Sequence record: PZ049338.1
Length of the DNA stretch: 64,000 nt
Reading direction: 5' to 3' (one strand)
DNA from: a phage
Within the stretch, counting starts at the first letter, position 1; the number at the start of each line of letters is the position of its first letter. The position numbers were made by a program, and so were the translations under genes. Shown one piece after another: positions 1-10,080 of this stretch. The notes under the pieces are model-generated. The model was not told the DNA's origin. It saw only the letters and a list, made by a program, of their open reading frames with translations, and did not search any database.

Positions 1-791
1 ATTTGCGACTTGTCCAGTCGCCGGACTGATGCGCGCCTGATGGATACGGGGGCGAGTACCTTTTCACTTTACACATCAAATTTTACTCCCCGACTATCTG
101 CGAATTAAAGATTAATCAGTGTTAATTGACGCAGTGACACGCCTCAAACGAGATAATCAACCATTGAAATCAATCAAGGCCGATTAAATAAAACTTGTCG
201 TTGTTGTGCTACGTTGTCGCATTCTTTATATAATCTTTCGGTAGTCTTAGTTGTGAGTAGGTAGAATTTTCATTCATTCGCTATCACTATTCGATTACGC
301 GGCCTCTCGGCCTATCATCTTTTCAATCACTAGCCCACTTATTCTATTCAGTGAGATACCAAATTAACACTATACCGACGCTTAGATGTATAGATGATGT
401 TCTAGTCTGGTTAAATCAGTCTTTACTTTGATGGCAACATGACACGTTGTGTAAACCGCTGGCACTTAAGCCGTCACGCATTGCGTTTTACGCCACCTTT
501 TCAACCTTCCTTGCAAGCCTTGCGACTTTTAAGGTCGGGGCAAACTACTCCGGCTAAGTATTCAGTGTCTTATGTTTCCCACTGTTACCCGCTTTCGTCA
601 ATAAGCCGTAATTTAAAACCATCCGTTAATCAGGTATGATTGCCACATTGTCGGGGGGAAGTATCCGACTGATGTTTACCGTTGGTTATACGGCGGGCTA
701 TTGCCCCTTAAGGTGCGGCCTATGTGGTAGGCTGCCTTTGATGGGTAATGATTAACCTATCCCATCTATTTACTACTGGATAACTAATCTA

Positions 792-813
792 GTTAATCCA
801 CATATATTAAGAG
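792..813 (+). promoter_or_regulatory. Copy D of conserved 22-bp motif GTTAATCCACATATAT(A/T)AAGAG; candidate phage-specific promoter
   Basis: Near-identical 22-mer also found at 21677-21698, 44433-44454 and 63683-63704 (all on - strand); this copy faces rightward toward the late block. Confidence 0.3.
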
Positions 814-1418
814 ATAATCCCTTAATACGTCCTACTTAAAACATTCTAGGTTATCCCTTCCTACCTTGTCAACCTTACTTAGAAAATTCTTTCTTCTGGT
901 TGACTCACCTGATAGTTACTTGGCTATTCAGCTTCACTATCTGGTATGTGGTAGATTATAGGTTTAACCTTTCTACCTTGTCAATAAGATATTTTAATTT
1001 ATCTTGCTGACCTTTACTACCTATCAGGCTTTCGCGTTGTTGCTGCGTCGTCCTGATATGATTAACTATACGCAATCTTTTCAGATATGCAAACTAATAT
1101 TTTAATTATTTTCTAACTTTCTTTCATCTCACTGATTTATAACGGATTATTTCTTGATATTCTTTCTTGATTCAGTGGATAAGATACGGGATACGGCTTA
1201 TCTATCCCATCTATAGCGTCACCTTTCCACCTGGACAAATTGGAACATCAATCACCTTATCTATTCCCTACCTTTCCAGCTCATAGATTCATGCCTGATT
1301 GATGATCTTTCTTGTGAGCTGGAAGCTAAGAGATAACACCGCATGAATTAAAACTAGATAAAGGGCACTAGATAGAAACATGCGGAACGTTATCCCATAC
1401 GTCTTAATTGCTATTACA

Positions 1419-1447
1419 CGGAAGAAAGGAAAGGAAGAAAGGAAGAA
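1419..1447. repeat. Short tandem repeat (GGAAGAAA-like units, about 3 copies)
   Basis: Direct reading: aggaaaggaagaaaggaagaaaggaaga. Confidence 0.6.
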
Positions 1448-1560
1448 AGGAAGATACACCATACGGATTAATGCTTATCAAACTATCGTCGGGTAACGGT
1501 GCAATGATTAAGATTGATGCGACCAATGGTCGTGTTATGACCTGCGGTCATGCGTACCTA

Positions 1561-1722
1561 TTATCAAAGTCAACAATCAAACGATGATTATCAAAGACGA
1601 TTATCAAACGATAACTATCAAAGACGATTATCAAACGATAACCATCAAAGGATAACTATCAAAGGATAACTATCAAAGGATAACTATCAAAGGATAACTA
1701 TCAAAGGATAACTATCAAAGGC
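1561..1722. repeat. Tandem array of 14-bp units GATAACTATCAAAG (5 perfect copies preceded by degenerate copies); iteron-like
   Basis: Direct reading of perfect head-to-tail 14-mers at ~1651-1720 and variants (cgattatcaaa, gataaccatcaaag) upstream. Confidence 0.8.
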
Positions 1723-2843
1723 TGGCATTTTAAACACCGACGTTTTAGCCTCACAAAATAACGGGAAGAAATATAGCTCAGGATACTTACTATTAGTAAG
1801 AACATAACCATGCTGGTTATTATTACCATGCTATCTATGCGATGGCTTATCATTAGGTAGCTAACTATAACATCGTGCATCATATTCCATTGGTATCATT
1901 AGATGACTAATCATGTGCGTGCATAGTATATCACTTGAGATAATAACGCATGAATACTATATCACTTCCCATTATCAGCGGAGGTATATTAATCCCGTGA
2001 ACTAATAGCCAACTAATTACTTATGATATAGTTGCCAATGTTATTAATAGATGAGGTATGGTATCATTTGTATATTAATAATAAGCAAGCTATCTATTCA
2101 CTGGATGCAATTACAGTATTGTGCTTCATCCAATAGGCTGTATAATCGTTGTTACATTGTTAACGGTATATGTGCCGACCCACTTCCCCCTTTTTAAAAG
2201 TTGTGTGCGCAGCTAGCCCCCTATACCACCGCGTGAGAGTATGAGAATGAGGATACCCTAACCAATTAATGGGTGAGAGTGATTGCCCGTGGGTATGACC
2301 TCCCATCAGACAGTACTCATGACCTCCCATCTATCAGTGTCAGTAGAGGCCGAAGGCCTTGGTCTTACCAAAGGTAAGTGACTTCCCATCTATTTTCACT
2401 TTCTTTCAGTGTAAACAGTGTAAATCTGTAAGAAAATTGAAAATTTTGAACTAAAGTTCATGTACGAAGGAGATAGAGATTGATAAGAGATTCTTAAACA
2501 GTTTCTTATATATCTCCTTCTTATCCATTCTTATATATCCTCTCTTCTCTCCTCTATAAAAGCCCCTCTTATATTTAAAAATCCATAAACCAATTACGCT
2601 GAACAAGAAGAAAGTATAAAGGAGGTTATGACCTTCCATCTGATTGATAAGATGAGTACCCATCAACTATTTTAATCTTTTCAGTGTAAGTCTGTAATGT
2701 TTTCCATTTATCAGTGCTATATGTAACTGTAGCATCTATAAGGTTTATGTAATTAATAAATAGATAGATGGGTGGATGGTGGGAACTACATTCGCTGGAA
2801 GCGAAACTATTGCTTCTGGCAATTATTAATTGAAGGAGTGAAC

Positions 2844-3230
2844 ATGTCTGACAATAACGAATTACTTGATTCCATTGTTGAAGGTCGCTCCGTCAAGACT
2901 GGACAGTTTGTGAAGGGTAATACTCAAGGTAAGGGCCGTCCGAAAGGTAGCCGAAACAAAATGACTCAACGAATGTTGAATCGTGTTGCTGAACGAAGTG
3001 AAGATGGTTTGTCTATGGAAGAAATCATGATGGATATCGCCCAAGACCCTCAAATGCCAGCAGAGCTTCGCTTTAAAGCAGCAGCTAAAGTTTCTGACCT
3101 CGTTTATCCTAAAGCATCTTCTGTTGAAGTTAAGATGGACGATAAAGAAAGCATGACTAAAGAACAGATTGATGCTCGCCTTAAAGCTTTGCTTAGTGGT
3201 GGCCATACAACTGAAGACACTGAGGACTAA
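2844..3230 (+). CDS. Putative terminase small subunit
   Basis: ATG at 2844 preceded by GAAGGAG; basic N-terminal GKGRPKGSRNK-type motif; ~0.5 kb upstream of large terminase. ORF-track start at 2772 looks like an upstream extension. Confidence 0.4.
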   Translation: MSDNNELLDSIVEGRSVKTGQFVKGNTQGKGRPKGSRNKMTQRMLNRVAERSEDGLSMEEIMMDIAQDPQMPAELRFKAAAKVSDLVYPKASSVEVKMDDKESMTKEQIDARLKALLSGGHTTEDTED

Positions 3231-3232
3231 AT

Positions 3233-3469
3233 ATGATTGGACTGATATTTGATATTCTTATTCCACGCTTCCGTACTTCTGATTTTTGCCTTGAGGGTAA
3301 TGATGCTGAAGGTTATGACGCTGTGTGTGAATATACGTCACGAGATGTAGGAGAACGCTTCGATAAGATAGCAAGTATCAGTTACTTTCAACTCTTCGGG
3401 TTTGTTCTGTTTCCTAAAGTACATCTAGATTCGATTCGTACGTTTACAAGAGAAGACGTACTGAAATAA
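3233..3469 (+). CDS. Hypothetical protein (78 aa)
   Basis: ORF starting 3 nt after the previous stop; no recognisable domain. Confidence 0.25.
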   Translation: MIGLIFDILIPRFRTSDFCLEGNDAEGYDAVCEYTSRDVGERFDKIASISYFQLFGFVLFPKVHLDSIRTFTREDVLK

Positions 3470-3797
3470 ATTCCTTGCCAGCCAGCGAGGTTGACTTTCG
3501 TCGGGTAAGTCGTGAAAGAACCCGACCGCGAATTCAAAGTCTAGCTAGGGTGACAAGAGTATGACAGGCTGTCCTAGATAAGTGTCGGTACTCAACTAGA
3601 TGTTGTATTGGATGTTAGGTAAGTCAAGAGAGACAAGCCACGGTCGGGGTCGTCCACGTTAAACATTAAAACCCCGCCCCTCGAATACACGACTGAAGAT
3701 TTTCCAAATGACTAAAGGTTCAGAAAATTTTGCAGTTGCCGCTTTGCGGATTAGGGTGAGAGCCCTCGAAAGGTTTATAGTATACACGGAGGTAAGG

Positions 3798-5282
3798 ATG
3801 GATTTTAATGAAATCGACTTAGACTCCCTTCCGGAACATATCAAGTGGGAAATTATTGACTTACTAGAGGAAAGGGAAAGGGTCATTAAATATAATCGGA
3901 TTAACGAATTCGAACCCTACGAGTTCCAAAAGAATTTTTATTCTGCAAGTGCTAAATTCAAAAGACGCTTCCTTTGTGCGGCTAACCGAGTTGGTAAGTC
4001 TTACTCTGAAGCGGTAGAAGTGTTTTATCATTTGTCAGGTCTGTACCCTGAATGGTGGGACGGACACAGATTTAAGAAACCAATCCTCTTATGGGCTGTT
4101 GGTATCACCGGTGACTCAACTCGAAAGGTGTTGCAGAAGGAGTTGTTTGGTACACCGATGGGCAAAGACCAAGATGCATTGGGAACAGGCGCTATCCCTC
4201 GTGACCTGATTGACATTGAGAACATCGAGAAAGACGGTAACATCATCAAAATCGCAAAGGTTAAGCATCATGATAAAAATGGTGACTTTGATGGTTGGTC
4301 TACTATCGAATTCCGCTCAACTCAACAGGGTGAGCACGTACTGATGGGTGCGACTGTAGATTATATATGGTTAGATGAAGAAGACCCGTTCAAGTCTATG
4401 GAAATCTATGCACAGTGCGTTACTCGTACTGCTACTACTGGTGGTTTGATTACCATCACCGCTACTCCTGAGAACGGTTTGACGAAACTGGTAGACCTGT
4501 TCATGAAAGACACGTCAGGTTACTTATATTTTCAGAATGCGACATGGGATGATGCTCCCCACTTAGATGAAGAAACTAAAAAAGAGTTGTTAGCATCTAT
4601 TCCGACATGGCAGCACGAAATGCGAAGCAGGGGGATTCCAATGATGGGCGAAGGTTTGATTTACGATATTGCAGAGTCTTCTATTATTACAGAGCCGATT
4701 GAGATTCCATCTCACTGGCGTAGACTTGCAGCAGTTGATATTGGTATCAGTCACGATACTGCGGTTGTATGGACAGCTTACGATGCTGCTACTGACTGTA
4801 TCTATGTATATGACTGCTACTCAGCAGATGCGGGCGTTCCTGCTATGCACGCTACAGCTATTAATGCTCGTGGCAACTGGATTCCTGTTATTCTTCCACA
4901 CGATGCTGATAACACTGAACGTGGTTCAGGTCGTAGTGTCGCGTCTTATTATGCAGAGGCTGGTGTCAACGTGATGCCTGAGACGTTCTATAATCCACTG
5001 GATTGGACGGGTAAGAAGAATAACTTCGTAGAACCGGGCATTATGGAAATCCTTCAAAGGATGAAGACTGGTCGCTTTAAAGTGTTTAGCACTTGTGGCA
5101 AGTTCTTCGAAGAAATGCGTCGTTATCACCGTAAAGATGGCAAGATTGTCAAAGAATTCGATGATACAATGGACGCAGCACGATATTCAGCACTCTCAGT
5201 AATTGGACGTGGTGTAAGTGCAGGTGAAGCAAGTGCTGGCTACAATGCAGCATTCAATGATAACTGGAATTACAATTACTAA
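3798..5282 (+). CDS. Terminase large subunit
   Basis: ATG at 3798 with GGAGG SD; Walker-A-like CAANRVGKS, DEED-type ATPase region and C-terminal nuclease-like domain; position before portal. Confidence 0.85.
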   Translation: MDFNEIDLDSLPEHIKWEIIDLLEERERVIKYNRINEFEPYEFQKNFYSASAKFKRRFLCAANRVGKSYSEAVEVFYHLSGLYPEWWDGHRFKKPILLWAVGITGDSTRKVLQKELFGTPMGKDQDALGTGAIPRDLIDIENIEKDGNIIKIAKVKHHDKNGDFDGWSTIEFRSTQQGEHVLMGATVDYIWLDEEDPFKSMEIYAQCVTRTATTGGLITITATPENGLTKLVDLFMKDTSGYLYFQNATWDDAPHLDEETKKELLASIPTWQHEMRSRGIPMMGEGLIYDIAESSIITEPIEIPSHWRRLAAVDIGISHDTAVVWTAYDAATDCIYVYDCYSADAGVPAMHATAINARGNWIPVILPHDADNTERGSGRSVASYYAEAGVNVMPETFYNPLDWTGKKNNFVEPGIMEILQRMKTGRFKVFSTCGKFFEEMRRYHRKDGKIVKEFDDTMDAARYSALSVIGRGVSAGEASAGYNAAFNDNWNYNY

Positions 5283-5300
5283 CAATTATAGGAGTTTAGA

Positions 5301-7664
5301 ATGTCAGATAATAAAATTACTGGCAACATCACAATTGATGAAGACACTCTGAGCACTCTCCAATACCAAGTTGGTACTTATTATAACCACGCTATTGGTT
5401 ATCATGAAGGGGAACTGGGTGTTCGTGCTCGGATGGGTTGGGAATATTACTACGGTAACCTCCCAGAACCCGTCACAAAGGGCTCTTCTAAGTGGGTTGA
5501 CCGAAGTGTATGGGAAAGTGTGAATGGTACGCTACAGGAGCTTGTAAGCGTTTTTACAAGTGGTGAGGATGCAGTTAAGTTCGCCCCGATGCACTCTAAA
5601 GATGCAGATGCTGCTATTGCAGCGACTAAGATGGTTAACAAGGTTCTTCTCCGTGATAATCCGGGATTCAACGTACTGCATGACGCTTTTAAAGAGTGTC
5701 TGATTGCGCGTAACTCGTTTATCAAACGTTACTGGAAAGTTGAGAAGAAAGTATTCACTGAAGAATTCGATGGTTTAACCAAAGATGAATTAGATGTGTA
5801 CCTCTCTGGTATTAAGGGAGATATTATTGAGTTTTCCTCTGAGATTAAGGATATGTCAGAAGATGAAGACGGTGATAATATCATTGAGACCCATGCTGAA
5901 GAGCAAGAAGAAAATGAATTTGAACAAATCGAAGATGAACCACAGGCACAAGCTATTCCTGAAGACATGACCTCTGCTGGTGACTTGCAAGACGAGCCAG
6001 AACCAGAACCTGTCGAAGAAACCGAAGCTGACAACGAAATTGCTGACATTGCTCCGGGTGCTTTAGCTAAGCCTGAAGAAGATTCCGAAGAAGAGGAAGA
6101 ACAAAACGAAGAAGACCAACTCTTCTGCGGCATTGTTACCTATGAAGTTACAACCGAAGGTGTTTGCGTTGAATATGTTCCTTTCGAAGAAGTAATCATT
6201 GAACCTACGGCTCGTTCCTTGCATGATGCCAACTATATCGGCCATCGTGTTCGTAAATCCAAGGACGAACTGATTCTTATGGGCTTTGATGCTGATGTTA
6301 TTGAAGAATTGAACCCAGCTTCGTCTGATATTGAAGCTGGAGTCATCGCTAACTCTCGTGTTAACAACCTGAACCCACTTAACGTGAGTGATGTGTTGTC
6401 TGTAGGTGACGAGAAGGCAGATAAACTGTGGTTGCATGAAAACTACATTAAGACATCTCTCATCTCTGGTCGTTTGGAGATTTTGCAGGTGTTTACACTC
6501 AACGGTCAGATTCTGGAAGTGAACCGTGTCAACGAATTCCCATTCGAGACAATGACTCCGTTCCCAATTCCGGGTTCTGTGTGGGGTGAATCAGTATTTG
6601 ACATTACTAAAGATGTACAGGATTTATCTACGACGCTGATTCGTGGTATGATTGATAACATCATGAACGCTAACTTCCGTAGATATGAAGCCATCAAAGG
6701 TCAGTACGACCGAGAATCATTACTGAACAACCGTCCGGGTGCAGTCGTTGAGGTTCTATCTCAAGGTGCTGTTACTCCTTTCCCATATCACCAATTACCA
6801 CAAGGTATCGACAACCTGCTTACTTACATTAATAGCAAGAAGGAAGAACGTACTGGTGTTAGTAAGGTAGGGCAAGGTCTTGACCCAAACGTGTTTAAGA
6901 ACGATAACTCGACTGCCACTGTAAATATGGTCATGAGTGCTGCTCAAAACCGTTTGCGCATGGTTGCTCGTAACATCGCTCAACGCGGTATGATGAGTTT
7001 GATGCTGTCCATCTACAACTTGATTCGTGAGAATGGTAAGACACCTATCAACGTTGAAACAGCTAATGGTAATGTAACACTTGACCCACGTAAACTGCCA
7101 CATCGTACTCAAATGATTGTAGCGGTAGCGGTAGGTGATGGTGAGCGTCGTGAACGTGCAGCAGGTTTGCAGAGTTTGATGATGTCTATGACTCAGATTC
7201 CTCAATTGCAACAGTTCCTGCAACCGAACAACGCATACTACTTAGCAACTCAACTGTTTGAGACTATGGGTATCTATGATGTGGAAAACTATCTGACTCC
7301 AATTGATAAGTTACCTCCTCCGAAACCAGACCCGATTCAAGAACTGACTATCCAGCAGTTGCAGGAGACAGTTAAGCAGATTGGTGTTACAACACAGAAG
7401 ATTCTGTCCGACGTTAATAATGAAGACCGTAAATCAGAGTTTGAGCAGCAGAAAGCTGCGGATGAAATGAGTCTGAAGATTAACGAGTCCCGCTCTAAGG
7501 TAGACAAGGAAGCTGAGGAGGTGGAGATTAAGCGACTGGAATTGCAACTTAAACGTGAGGAGTTGGCTATCCAACGTGAGTTGGTTGAGCTTAAGAAACA
7601 AGAGATGCTTGTTGAGGCTCAATTGGAAGCACGACAGACTCGCCCGGTTTCACTTGGGAGGTAA
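5301..7664 (+). CDS. Portal protein (787 aa) with ~90-aa acidic low-complexity insertion
   Basis: Size and position directly after large terminase; good SD; C-terminal coiled coil. Confidence 0.65.
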   Translation: MSDNKITGNITIDEDTLSTLQYQVGTYYNHAIGYHEGELGVRARMGWEYYYGNLPEPVTKGSSKWVDRSVWESVNGTLQELVSVFTSGEDAVKFAPMHSKDADAAIAATKMVNKVLLRDNPGFNVLHDAFKECLIARNSFIKRYWKVEKKVFTEEFDGLTKDELDVYLSGIKGDIIEFSSEIKDMSEDEDGDNIIETHAEEQEENEFEQIEDEPQAQAIPEDMTSAGDLQDEPEPEPVEETEADNEIADIAPGALAKPEEDSEEEEEQNEEDQLFCGIVTYEVTTEGVCVEYVPFEEVIIEPTARSLHDANYIGHRVRKSKDELILMGFDADVIEELNPASSDIEAGVIANSRVNNLNPLNVSDVLSVGDEKADKLWLHENYIKTSLISGRLEILQVFTLNGQILEVNRVNEFPFETMTPFPIPGSVWGESVFDITKDVQDLSTTLIRGMIDNIMNANFRRYEAIKGQYDRESLLNNRPGAVVEVLSQGAVTPFPYHQLPQGIDNLLTYINSKKEERTGVSKVGQGLDPNVFKNDNSTATVNMVMSAAQNRLRMVARNIAQRGMMSLMLSIYNLIRENGKTPINVETANGNVTLDPRKLPHRTQMIVAVAVGDGERRERAAGLQSLMMSMTQIPQLQQFLQPNNAYYLATQLFETMGIYDVENYLTPIDKLPPPKPDPIQELTIQQLQETVKQIGVTTQKILSDVNNEDRKSEFEQQKAADEMSLKINESRSKVDKEAEEVEIKRLELQLKREELAIQRELVELKKQEMLVEAQLEARQTRPVSLGR

Positions 7665-7667
7665 TGA

Positions 7668-7892
7668 GTGAACCTAACTGCATTAAGTAAATTAAAAGGA
7701 TTAATGGAGGGGGATGACCTCTCCAACCTTTTACAAGAGTTAAAAAATGATATTGCCCTGAGTATAGTTCAGACTTCATTCGACCAAAAGGAAAAGAGGG
7801 AAGAGCTATACATGCTAACTAAAGCTATAGATGGTTTACAGGTTAAGCTTCAGGAGTATGTTAACGAATATGATAAGATTCAGGAGATTTAA
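7668..7892 (+). CDS. Small coiled-coil protein (74 aa), GTG start
   Basis: ORF between portal and scaffold; predicted helical. Confidence 0.35.
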   Translation: MNLTALSKLKGLMEGDDLSNLLQELKNDIALSIVQTSFDQKEKREELYMLTKAIDGLQVKLQEYVNEYDKIQEI

Positions 7893-7894
7893 TA

Positions 7895-8950
7895 ATGGCT
7901 AATGACGCAATCGAAGTACAAGAAGTAGTAACTAACCCAATGTTCATTGATACTGACAACTTTAACTTCTTTGACCTTGAAGATGTAGTTGCTGATGATG
8001 GTAACGAACTCGGCTATAATACTAAGCAGACTGGCAAAGACCTGATGCCTAAAGAAGAAGTAGCTGAAGCCGATGAAGACGAAGGTGATGAGGATACTGA
8101 TGCCCTCCCTCCGGAAGAAGGCGAAGAAGGTTACGAAGATGAAGACGAAGAAGGTAATGAAGGCGAAGCTGACGAATCCGAACAAGCTGAAGCAGGCGAA
8201 GACGGTGAAGAAGTTGACTTTGAGACTTACGAAGTAACTCTGCCTAATGGCGAAGTCATAGTTCTCAGTGATGCTATCGCTGGTTACAAAAACGCTCAGG
8301 CGCTGGCGGCAGAACGCGAAGAGTTCGAGAGCGTGCGTAATAAATTCACTGATGAATCTGAGAAAGTAGCTAAGTATCTTGATTTGGCTCGTCTGGAAGC
8401 TGACCGTGTAATCGAAGATTATGAAGACTTCGACTGGGCAGCATACAAGAAAGATGACCCGGTTGGTTATGTAGAGAACCGTGAGTTCTTAGACCGCTAT
8501 CGTGCGCGTCGTCAGGAGATTATTGAAGCTCAGGAATCCTTAGAAGCAGAACGTGCTGCCAAAGAAGCTGAAGACTTTAAAGAGAAAGCCCGTGAAGCAG
8601 GTGTTATTCTGGCTCGTGATATTCCGGGTTGGAACAACGATATGTACCAGAGCCTCATGCTGTACGCAGTAGAGAATGGTGCGAATGCTGAAGAAATTGC
8701 TAACTCTGTTGACCCAACTATTTTTAAGATTCTGCACAAAGCAATGCAGTATGATAAGGGTAAGCAGGTCGTAAAAGCTAAAGTTAAGCGTGTTGGTGGT
8801 TCCCCGACTAAAGTAGCTAAGCCGTCTGCGAAAGTGACGACTACTACCTCTCCGGAGACCGGAAAACGTAAAGCAATCCTTAAGAAAATGGAGAATGGTG
8901 GCCTGAACGAGAGCGAACTGCGTAATTCTTTCAGTTTCTTGGAAGATTAA
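7895..8950 (+). CDS. Putative scaffolding protein
   Basis: Highly acidic (E/D-rich N-terminal half), helical, located between portal and major capsid gene. Confidence 0.55.
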   Translation: MANDAIEVQEVVTNPMFIDTDNFNFFDLEDVVADDGNELGYNTKQTGKDLMPKEEVAEADEDEGDEDTDALPPEEGEEGYEDEDEEGNEGEADESEQAEAGEDGEEVDFETYEVTLPNGEVIVLSDAIAGYKNAQALAAEREEFESVRNKFTDESEKVAKYLDLARLEADRVIEDYEDFDWAAYKKDDPVGYVENREFLDRYRARRQEIIEAQESLEAERAAKEAEDFKEKAREAGVILARDIPGWNNDMYQSLMLYAVENGANAEEIANSVDPTIFKILHKAMQYDKGKQVVKAKVKRVGGSPTKVAKPSAKVTTTTSPETGKRKAILKKMENGGLNESELRNSFSFLED

Positions 8951-9101
8951 TGGTTAATCTGTAAGGGTTTTATGATAAACGTACTAGAATAGTATGTTAA
9001 CAACAAGGAAATGCCTTGTGTGTTCAACAAAGAGTAACGAACGTGTTCGTGCTCACTGAGCCGCAAGGCAAACAACAATATTATCAGAGGAGAATTCTCT
9101 A

Positions 9102-10067
9102 ATGGCAGATACTACTTTAGTTTCTTATGACCTGAATGGTAAGAAACTTTCCTTTGCAAACTGGATTTCTAACCTGTCTCCTACCGAGACCCCGTTCGTT
9201 TCCATGACTGGCAAAGAAGCAATTAATCAGACTCTGTTCCAATGGCAGACTGATACGCTGGAAACCGCTAACCCGAACAACGCAGTTGTTGAAGGTTCTG
9301 CTGCTGAAGCTCCAGTTCGTAGCTCTACCACTGTACTGAACAACGTTACTCAGATTCTGCGTAAAGTGGTTCGTGTTTCTGATACCGCAAACGCTCTGGC
9401 GAACTACGGTCGTGGTCAGGAACTCCAGTACCAGATGGAAAAAGCTGGTAAAGAAATCAAGCGTGACCTCGAAGTTGCTCTGCTGCGTAACGGCGCTAAA
9501 GTTGACGGTAACGGCACTACTGCTCGTAAGACCGCTGGCTTTACTGCTCTGGTTGCTGCTAAAGGTGTAGCTGACCCGGACACTGGTGCTGTTGTTCATA
9601 AAGAGACTGCTGTTAAGTCTAAGATTTCTGAAGCAGAACTGTTTGACCTGACGTACAACCTGTACCTGTCTGGTTCTAACGCGAACATCATCATGTTCCA
9701 CCCGAAACACGCAAGCTTCTTCGCTTCCCTGATGGACACTCCGGCTGCTGGTACTAACCGCATGAAGATGTTCGACGGTAGCGATACTAAGTTTAACCAG
9801 TATGTTTCTAGCGTAGTTGACCCGCTGGGTCAGTTGTACAAGCTGATTCCTAACCGTTGGATGGATGAGACTGAGATCTACTTCTTCACTCCTTCTGACT
9901 GGGATGCTGCTCGAATGGATTGGGGTAGTCGTGGTACTACCACTGTTGCTGGTGCTCACGAACACGCATTGCGTATTACTGGTGGTATCTTCTCTCAAGG
10001 TGATAACCAGAAGCACAACAACATTCAACCATTCATTACTGTATATATGTGGCGTCGCATTTCTTAA
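9102..10067 (+). CDS. Putative major capsid protein (321 aa)
   Basis: Strong SD (AGAGGAGAA), follows scaffold gene, structured leader, codon usage typical of a highly expressed gene. Confidence 0.6.
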   Translation: MADTTLVSYDLNGKKLSFANWISNLSPTETPFVSMTGKEAINQTLFQWQTDTLETANPNNAVVEGSAAEAPVRSSTTVLNNVTQILRKVVRVSDTANALANYGRGQELQYQMEKAGKEIKRDLEVALLRNGAKVDGNGTTARKTAGFTALVAAKGVADPDTGAVVHKETAVKSKISEAELFDLTYNLYLSGSNANIIMFHPKHASFFASLMDTPAAGTNRMKMFDGSDTKFNQYVSSVVDPLGQLYKLIPNRWMDETEIYFFTPSDWDAARMDWGSRGTTTVAGAHEHALRITGGIFSQGDNQKHNNIQPFITVYMWRRIS

Positions 10068-10080
10068 TAGGAGTTAGTCC

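Noticed and set aside
439-639. 66-aa ORF in the left non-coding region
   Set aside because: No RBS, odd composition, lies in a repeat-rich regulatory region; likely spurious.
1561-1722. Possible CRISPR array
   Set aside because: Units are 14 bp and contiguous with no unique spacers; no cas genes; this is a tandem repeat or iteron array.
9117-10028. 303-aa ORF on the - strand
   Set aside because: Antisense shadow of the major capsid gene; Ser/Thr/Val-rich translation typical of the reverse frame of a highly expressed gene.
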